NCBI GenBank assembly: GCA_002633005.1
Contig: NMRA01000205.1
Span: forward strand, 215,498 to 279,497
Length of the DNA stretch: 64,000 bases
Origin: Phoronis australis
Taxonomy: Eukaryota > Animalia > Phoronida
Direction of reading: 5' to 3'
Made by a program: the position numbers and the translations under genes
Part shown: positions 63,586 to 64,000 of the stretch, one piece after another
How the letters are laid out: each line of letters begins with the position of its first letter
Numbering within the stretch: position 1 is the stretch's first letter
The notes under the pieces: model-generated
The model's database searches: none
What the model saw: only the letters and a program-made list of their open reading frames with translations
What the model was told of the DNA's origin: nothing

Positions 63586-64000
63586 AAAACATAACATTTT
63601 GTGCTCTTTCGAATCGTCGCAAGTGAAAGGTCATTTGATGTATGAAATTTTGCAACGTATCCACTCCTACGTTGATAAAGAGCAAATGAAGTCTACAAAC
63701 ACGATCATGAAAAAACTAGAAAATTTATATAAAGGTGCTATAGTTACACCGCAAGAGCGGAAAACATATATGAACTTGTCTGATTATCAACTTACAGAAG
63801 ATGAACATAATTTTTTGTCATTGGGAATGAATGTACACCTTAAACCTCGATTTGATTTGTACAAAAAACGAGTCGAACTTGAAAAACTTTACCAAGATAT
63901 TGAAAACCTTGAGAGAGATGGCTTTGTCAATGTTAATAAAAATATTAAAGACCAGCTCAAGGCAGAAGGAACAAAGAACAGATCCAATTCAAGAAATTCC
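63586..64000 (+). mobile_element. Penelope-like element ORF, N-terminal part (runs off the window)
   Basis: Open frame ..KKLENLYKG..YMNLSDYQLTEDEHNFLSLGMNVHLKP..KRVELEKLY matches the NLS..LT..E...L.LG motif found upstream of PLE RT. Confidence 0.78.

Overview
Eukaryotic invertebrate genomic DNA: AT-rich, with spliceosomal introns and a dense transposon load. A lophotrochozoan such as an annelid is a guess only. 1.9-20.9 kb is a tandem segmental duplication. Each unit carries an intronless ankyrin + multi-TM TRPV-like channel gene; copy 1 is frameshifted and copy 2 is broken by a 1-N assembly gap. A Penelope (PLE) GIY-YIG fragment with an intact minimal hammerhead ribozyme sits at the junction, and a 3.9-kb Academ transposon (TAG..CTA ends, GTT TSD) is inserted in unit 2. 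23.4-32.2 kb holds three minus-strand exons of a SAM-domain (SAMD7/11/Ph-type) gene. Two internally deleted Kolobok elements (THAP plus KolX/P2X7-ballast-like remnants) lie within and upstream of it, followed by a palindromic PLE end nested in a tRNA-like MITE. At 47.1-50.1 kb is a 3-kb TIR element with a 5-bp TSD, convergent spliced leaders and decayed RAG1-N-terminal-like Zn motifs, a candidate RAG-like/Transib relic. At 51.2-56.4 kb is a full-length decayed Gypsy element with TA..TA LTR ends and a PBS complementary to its own LTR, suggesting tRNA-independent self-priming. The window ends with a decayed repeat-protein gene, a 5-bp-TSD MITE enclosing a gene-like fragment, and the start of another PLE ORF. 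All calls are by eye; no database searches were run.
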